Origin: Frankiaceae bacterium
Lineage (GTDB): Bacteria; Actinomycetota; Actinomycetes; JAFAQI01
Assembly (NCBI GenBank): GCA_030840585.1
Contig: JAVEEG010000081.1
Span: forward strand, 1-49,068
Direction: 5' to 3'
Length of the DNA stretch: 49,068 nucleotides
Part shown: positions 44,242 through 49,068 of the stretch, piece by piece
Numbering within the stretch: the stretch's first letter is position 1
How the letters are laid out: every line of letters starts with the position of its first letter
Notes under the pieces: model-generated
Seen by the model: the letters and a program-made list of their open reading frames with translations, nothing else
What the model was told of the DNA's origin: nothing
The model's database searches: none
Position numbers and translations under genes: made by a program

Positions 44242-44328
44242 TGGTGGGCGAGGGGGGACTTGAACCCCCACGTCCTTACGGACACACGGACCTGAACCGT
44301 GCGCGTCTGCCAATTCCGCCACTCGCCC
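44242..44328 (-). tRNA. tRNA-Leu (anticodon CAG), CCA encoded
   Basis: Manual fold: acceptor GGGCGAG/CTCGCCC, anticodon stem CACGG/CCGTG with loop TTCAGGT, a long variable arm, T-arm GGGGG-TTCAAGT-CCCCC, then ACCA. Confidence 0.93.
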
Positions 44329-44435
44329 GAGAGGCCCGACCACGCTAGCACCCGACCGCCCGCCCAACCGGCAGCCCGAGCCAGCCCCTCAGCCCCGCTG
44401 GATACGATCATGGCCGCCTGGGGAAGGGACGCTTC

Positions 44436-45221
44436 GTGGGAGTGGTGCAGCGCTTCGAGCGGCGTCTCGGTGGGCTGGTCGAGGGCGCGTTCGCCAAGGT
44501 CTTCAAGGGCGAGGTCCAGCCAGTCGAGGTCGCGCAAGCCCTCCAGCGGGAGACCGACGACCGCCGTACCGTCGTCGGCGACGGCAAGGTCCTCGTCCCC
44601 AACGACTTCGTCGTCGAGCTCGGCCCGCACGACCACGAACGCCTCTCCCCCTGGACCAAAGCCCTCACCAAAGAACTCGCCGCCATGGTCCGCGAGCACG
44701 CCACCGAGCAGGGCTACTCGTTCGTCGGACCCGTCACCGTTGCGCTCGAAGAAACCCCCGGCGTCGACACCGGGGTGTTCCGGGTCCGCAGCGGCGTCTC
44801 CGCGGGCGATCTCGTCGACGGCGGCGTGCTCACCAAGGCCGGCTCACCCGCCACCGACGCACGACAAGTCAGCCCACCGGGCGCCCTCCCCGGAAACCCA
44901 AGGCTCGTCTTCAGCACCGACGGCAAGGCGCAAGCCGACTCACCCGAGGGCCGCGGCGAGGAGCGCGCATACTTCCTCACTCACGCTGTCACCGTGATCG
45001 GCCGCGGCGCCGACTGCGACCTTCAGCTCACCGATCCCGGCGTCTCCCGCCGGCACGCCGAACTCCGGCTGGAAAGCGACGCGATCGTCCTCGTCGACCT
45101 CGGCTCCACCAACGGCATCCGGGTCAACGAGGTCGCCGTCGGCCGCCGCCCGCTCTCCCCCGCCGACCGCATCCACCTCGGCTCGACCACCCTCATCTTC
45201 CAGCGCGACAGCGGGGACTGA
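44436..45221 (+). CDS. fhaA: FhaA (DUF3662 + FHA domain protein)
   Basis: MGVVQRFERRLGGLVEGAFAKVF N-terminus and a C-terminal FHA (TVIGRGADCDLQLTDPGVSRRHAEL...DLGSTNG). Confidence 0.9.
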   Translation: MGVVQRFERRLGGLVEGAFAKVFKGEVQPVEVAQALQRETDDRRTVVGDGKVLVPNDFVVELGPHDHERLSPWTKALTKELAAMVREHATEQGYSFVGPVTVALEETPGVDTGVFRVRSGVSAGDLVDGGVLTKAGSPATDARQVSPPGALPGNPRLVFSTDGKAQADSPEGRGEERAYFLTHAVTVIGRGADCDLQLTDPGVSRRHAELRLESDAIVLVDLGSTNGIRVNEVAVGRRPLSPADRIHLGSTTLIFQRDSGD

Positions 45222-45229
45222 CCGACGCG

Positions 45230-45721
45230 ATGAGCGCCGTACTGTTCGTCCTGCACGTCGTCGTCCTCGTCCTGCTCTGGGGCCTGGTCCTCGCCGCGAT
45301 CGTCGCCGTCCGCCACGACGTCTTCGGCGGCCGGCGCCAACCCACCGCCGCGCCAGCGCCAGCGCCCCAACCAACGAAAGCCCCGAAAGCGCCGAGATCA
45401 GCCGCCGCCAAACCGGCACCGTCGAAAAGCAGCGCCCGCGTCCTCGTCGTTACCGACGGCCCGCTCGCCGGTACGACGCTGCCGCTCAGCCGCCAGCCGG
45501 TCACCATCGGCCGCGCCGACAGCAGCACGCTGGTCGTCTCCGACGACTACGTCTCCAACAACCACGCCCGGCTGGTGCCCGACGGCGACGCGTGGATCCT
45601 CGAAGACCTCGGCTCCACCAACGGCACCTACCTCGACCGCCAGCGGGTGACGCAAGCGACCCCGGTCCCGATCGGTACGCCGATCCGCATCGGCAAGACC
45701 GTCATGGAGCTACGCCGGTGA
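45230..45721 (+). CDS. fhaB: FhaB/FipA (TM + FHA domain protein)
   Basis: N-terminal TM, a Pro/Ala linker, then an FHA domain (VTIGRADSSTLVVSDDYVSNNHARL...DLGSTNGT). Confidence 0.9.
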   Translation: MSAVLFVLHVVVLVLLWGLVLAAIVAVRHDVFGGRRQPTAAPAPAPQPTKAPKAPRSAAAKPAPSKSSARVLVVTDGPLAGTTLPLSRQPVTIGRADSSTLVVSDDYVSNNHARLVPDGDAWILEDLGSTNGTYLDRQRVTQATPVPIGTPIRIGKTVMELRR

Positions 45722-47097
45722 CGCTCTCGCTCCGCTACGGCGCCCGCAGCGACGTCGGCCTGCTCCGCGAGCTCAACGAAGACTCGATGTACGCCGGCCC
45801 GCGGCTGCTCGCCATCGCCGACGGCATGGGCGGGCACGCCGCCGGCGAGGTTGCCAGCCGGGTCGCGATCGAGTCGGTCGCGCCGCTCGACGACGACCAG
45901 CCCGGCGCCGACCTCGTCACCAGCCTGCGCGAAGCAGTCGAGACCGCGAGCCGGTTCCTGCAGGACATGTCCGATGCGGACACCGCCCTGGACGGGATGG
46001 GTACGACGCTGACCGCGCTGTTGTTCTCCGACCGCCGGCTCGGCCTGGTGCACATCGGCGACTCCCGGGGCTACCTCCTCCGCGATGGCGTGCTCAACCA
46101 GATCACCCACGACCACACCCTCGTCCAGCACCTCGTCGACGAAGGTCGCATCACCCCGGAAGAAGCGAGCACCCACCCGCAACGGTCGTGGATCACTCGC
46201 TCGCTGACCGGCCGCGGCGAACTCGAACTCGACCTGTCCATCCGCGAGGTACGCGAAGGTGACCGCTACCTGCTCTGCAGCGACGGCCTGTCCGGCCCGG
46301 TCAGCGCGGAGACCATCGCCGACACGCTGCGCAGCGCGTCCGATCCGCAACAGGCTTGCGACCAGCTCATCGAACTCGCACTGCGGGCCGGCGGGCCGGA
46401 CAACATCACCGCGATCGTCGCGGACGTGATCGGCACCGACAGTGCCAGCGAGACACCGATCGTCGGGGGCGCGGCGGCCGGCGCCATCGGCACGGACAGC
46501 GCCGCCGCGGACAGCCCGGCCAGCCGGGCCGCGCAGCTTTCCCGCCGCGGTCGCCGAGGCGGGCGGCACAGTGCCGACGCCGACGATCCCGCGGCCGAAA
46601 CACCAACGCCCCCGATGCCGGCGAAGTCCCGCGCCGGCCGGCGGATCGCGATCGCGATCGGGCTGGTCGCCGTCGTCGTTATCGCTGTCGTCGTGGGCGC
46701 GTTCTTCTACATCCGCACCCAGTACTACGTCGGCATCGCCAAGGGCAACCCGGCCACCGTCGGCATCTACCGCGGCGTCAGCGGTCAGGTGGTGATCAGC
46801 CTGTCCAGCCTCGACCGCCGCACCGACCTGCCGCTGCAAGCCTTGCCGCCGTACCAGCAAGAGCAGGTGAAGAACGGCATCGACGCATCGAGCCGCGCAG
46901 ACGCCGAGCGCATCGTGTCCGGCCTGCGCTCCGACGCTTGCCCGACCCCATCGCCGACTCCGACAGCCACCGCGACGCCGTCGCCGACACCTAAGCCCGC
47001 GGCCAGCAGCGCGCGCGCAAAGAAGACGCCGCCGCCATCACCCACCCCGACACCGACGCCCACGCCGACGCCGTCCTACTGCGCGAGCACGCCATGA
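45718..47097 (+). CDS. pstP: PP2C-family Ser/Thr phosphatase PstP
   Basis: GARSDVGLLRELNEDS, IADGMGGHAAGEVAS, GGPDNIT, then a TM and a Pro/Thr-rich extracellular tail. GTGA overlap with fhaB. Confidence 0.92.
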   Translation: MTLSLRYGARSDVGLLRELNEDSMYAGPRLLAIADGMGGHAAGEVASRVAIESVAPLDDDQPGADLVTSLREAVETASRFLQDMSDADTALDGMGTTLTALLFSDRRLGLVHIGDSRGYLLRDGVLNQITHDHTLVQHLVDEGRITPEEASTHPQRSWITRSLTGRGELELDLSIREVREGDRYLLCSDGLSGPVSAETIADTLRSASDPQQACDQLIELALRAGGPDNITAIVADVIGTDSASETPIVGGAAAGAIGTDSAAADSPASRAAQLSRRGRRGGRHSADADDPAAETPTPPMPAKSRAGRRIAIAIGLVAVVVIAVVVGAFFYIRTQYYVGIAKGNPATVGIYRGVSGQVVISLSSLDRRTDLPLQALPPYQQEQVKNGIDASSRADAERIVSGLRSDACPTPSPTPTATATPSPTPKPAASSARAKKTPPPSPTPTPTPTPTPSYCASTP

Positions 47098-48521
47098 CCG
47101 CGGCCACCCTCGCCCCGGCAGCGCGAACCGGCCGCGGTCGCGCGACCGAGCTGTCGCTGATCGTCTTCGCGATCGTGCTGACCCTCACCGCGTACGCCGC
47201 GACCGGTCTGGCTCACTCCAAGCAACTGCCGACCGACATGCTCACCTACGGCCTCGGTCTGGTCGCCCTGTTCGGGATCGCGCATTTCGTCGTACGACGG
47301 TTCGCGCCGTACGCCGATCCGTTGCTGCTGCCGATCGCGACCGCACTGAACGGGCTCGGGCTCGTCATCATCTGGCGGCTCGACCTCGCCGCCGCGGACG
47401 ACGCGCGGGTCGCACACCATGCGGTGCCGCGTGGTGCGGCGCCGCTACAACTCGTCTGGATGTGTCTCGGCGTCGCACTGTTCGTCGCCGTCCTCGTCCT
47501 CGTTCGCGACCACCGGCGGCTGCGGTCGTACAGCTACACCGCGATGTTCATCGGTCTGGTGCTGCTCGTGCTCCCGGCCATGTTGCCGGCCAGCCACAGC
47601 GTCGTGAACGGCGCGCGGATCTGGGTGCGGTTCGGGTCGTTTTCGTTCCAGCCCGGCGAGATCGCGAAGATCCTGCTCGAGATCTTCATCGCCGGCTACC
47701 TCGTCCGCCATCGCGACCTGCTCCGACTGGCTGGTCGGCGGATCGGGCCGATCGACCTGCCCCGCGCCCGTGACCTCGGTCCGCTGTTGCTCGCGTGGGG
47801 TGTCAGCCTGCTCGTGCTCCTGCGCGAAAGCGACCTCGGCTCCAGCCTGCTGTTCTTCGGCATCTTCCTGGTGATGCTCTACGTCGCGACCGAACGCGGG
47901 TCGTGGTTACTGCTCGGCCTGATGCTCTTCGTCGTCGGCTCGCTGATCGCGTACGCCACGATCGGTCACGTGCACGACCGGGTCACTGCATGGCTCGACC
48001 CGTTCAACAACCGCATCTACAACAAGCCGTTCGGCAGCAGCTACCAACTCGACCAAGGCTTGTTCGGCATGGCCACGGGTGGCATCACCGGCACCGGACT
48101 CGGCCAAGGACGGCCCAACCTCGTCCCGTTTGCGAACACCGACTTCATCATGGCGTCGGTCGGCGAGGAGCTCGGGCTGGCCGGGGTCATGGGCATCCTC
48201 ACCTGCTACCTGCTGTTCGTCAGCCGCGGCCTGCGCGCCGCGCTCGGTGCTCGCGACGGTTTCGGCAAGTTGCTCGCGACCGGCCTCGCGTTCACGTTCG
48301 CGTTGCAGGTGTTCGTTCAGGTCGGCGGCGTCACCCGGCTGATCCCGTTGACCGGCCTGACCTTGCCGTTCCTTTCGTACGGCGGATCCAGCCTGGTCAC
48401 CAACTGGGTGTTGCTCGCGCTGCTGCTGCGGATCAGCGACGCCGGTCGGCGACCACAAGCGCCACCGGCACCGGCACTACCGACAGCGGACGAGAGCACG
48501 ACGGTGGTGGTCCGGCCGTGA
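47094..48521 (+). CDS. rodA: FtsW/RodA/SpoVE family peptidoglycan glycosyltransferase
   Basis: Multi-TM profile, FQPGEIAKILL and TDFIMASVGEELG motifs. Synteny after pstP. Confidence 0.9.
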   Translation: MTAATLAPAARTGRGRATELSLIVFAIVLTLTAYAATGLAHSKQLPTDMLTYGLGLVALFGIAHFVVRRFAPYADPLLLPIATALNGLGLVIIWRLDLAAADDARVAHHAVPRGAAPLQLVWMCLGVALFVAVLVLVRDHRRLRSYSYTAMFIGLVLLVLPAMLPASHSVVNGARIWVRFGSFSFQPGEIAKILLEIFIAGYLVRHRDLLRLAGRRIGPIDLPRARDLGPLLLAWGVSLLVLLRESDLGSSLLFFGIFLVMLYVATERGSWLLLGLMLFVVGSLIAYATIGHVHDRVTAWLDPFNNRIYNKPFGSSYQLDQGLFGMATGGITGTGLGQGRPNLVPFANTDFIMASVGEELGLAGVMGILTCYLLFVSRGLRAALGARDGFGKLLATGLAFTFALQVFVQVGGVTRLIPLTGLTLPFLSYGGSSLVTNWVLLALLLRISDAGRRPQAPPAPALPTADESTTVVVRP

Positions 48522-49068
48522 ACCGCCCACTGCGCAAGGTCGCGATCGCGGCGCTGGTCATGTTCGCCGCACTACTGATCAACGCGAACGTCGTGCAAGT
48601 CGTGCAGGCGCACTCGCTCGCCAACGACAGCCGCAACAGCCGGATCATCTACGACCAGTACTCGCACCGGCGCGGCCCAATCGTCGTCGCCGGCAAGCCG
48701 ATCGCGAAGTCGGTCGTCACGAAAGAGGCGTTGAAGTACCTGCGGGTGTATCCGCAAGGTCCGCTGTACGCGCCGGTCACCGGCTACTACTCATTGACCT
48801 ATCGCTTCTCCGGCATCGAGGCCGCGTCCAATGACGTACTGTCCGGCAGCTCGGACAAGCTGTTCGTCAAGCGGCTGTCCGACTACTTCACCGGCCGCGA
48901 GATCGAGGGCGGCGCCGTCGTACTCACCCTCAACCCGCGCGCGCAGCAGGTGGCGTACGACCAGCTGACCAGCCATCACTACCGCGGTGCTGTCGTTGCG
49001 ATCCAGCCCACCACCGGAGCCATCCTCGCGCTGGTGTCGACGCCGTCGTACGACCCGGGCCGGGTCTC
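48518..49068 (+). CDS. pbpA: Penicillin-binding protein PbpA (class B transpeptidase), 3'-truncated by the window
   Basis: The GTG at 48518 overlaps the rodA stop. N-terminal TM, then RGPIVVAG...YPQGPLYAPVTGYYS...GIEAASNDVLSG...VAIQPTTGAILALVSTPSYDP. Confidence 0.85.
   Translation, partial: MNRPLRKVAIAALVMFAALLINANVVQVVQAHSLANDSRNSRIIYDQYSHRRGPIVVAGKPIAKSVVTKEALKYLRVYPQGPLYAPVTGYYSLTYRFSGIEAASNDVLSGSSDKLFVKRLSDYFTGREIEGGAVVLTLNPRAQQVAYDQLTSHHYRGAVVAIQPTTGAILALVSTPSYDPGRV

Noticed and set aside
44212-44435. Integrase, transposase or att-type duplication flanking tRNA-Leu
   Set aside because: No recombinase-like ORF lies on either side, and I could not spot a second copy of the tRNA 3' end by eye. 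The island interpretation is therefore kept weak.

Overview
High-GC (about 70%) actinobacterial chromosomal window, densely coding on both strands. I recognise four kinds of content.

(1) Housekeeping genes: bpa, an ECF sigma with a DUF4232 membrane partner, a HAD hydrolase, serS, pheA, DUF4446, larB-larC-GDT1, a PAS protein, a GT87 glycosyltransferase, a heme-oxygenase-like diiron enzyme next to arcA, and a glycerophosphodiesterase.

(2) A Liv-type ABC transporter (fused livHM, livG, livF) with a convergent substrate-binding lipoprotein.

(3) A split thiamine cluster: thiO-thiS-thiG plus a coupled PF06541 membrane protein, a divergent thiE, and a TPP-riboswitch-controlled NCS1 permease-thiD operon. 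An unexplained two-gene membrane cassette sits inside this cluster.

(4) After Fpg/Nei, a zinc peptidase and an MFS gene, a roughly 13-kb block of poorly characterised, mostly minus-strand genes (30.8-43.5 kb). It ends at higBA and tRNA-Leu(CAG). The conserved fhaA-fhaB-pstP-rodA-pbpA cell-division cluster follows.

The poorly characterised block contains:
- an ECF-sigma/transmembrane fusion, divergent from a small two-Cys secreted peptide
- an S8-like protein with non-canonical catalytic positions
- a roughly 1950-aa secreted NHL/BNR multi-propeller protein
- two orphan Cys-rich secreted proteins
- a three-gene operon encoding a Gly-rich disordered small protein ending in GGEH, a membrane-anchored DUF3558-like protein, and a compact GS/GCL/PafA-like carboxylate-amine ligase

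The three-gene operon is my best candidate for an undescribed system: a possible Pup-like small-protein conjugation module. All family calls come from reading motifs by eye; no searches were run. Many long Arg/Pro/Gly-rich ORFs in the track are antisense or off-frame artefacts of high GC and were discarded.
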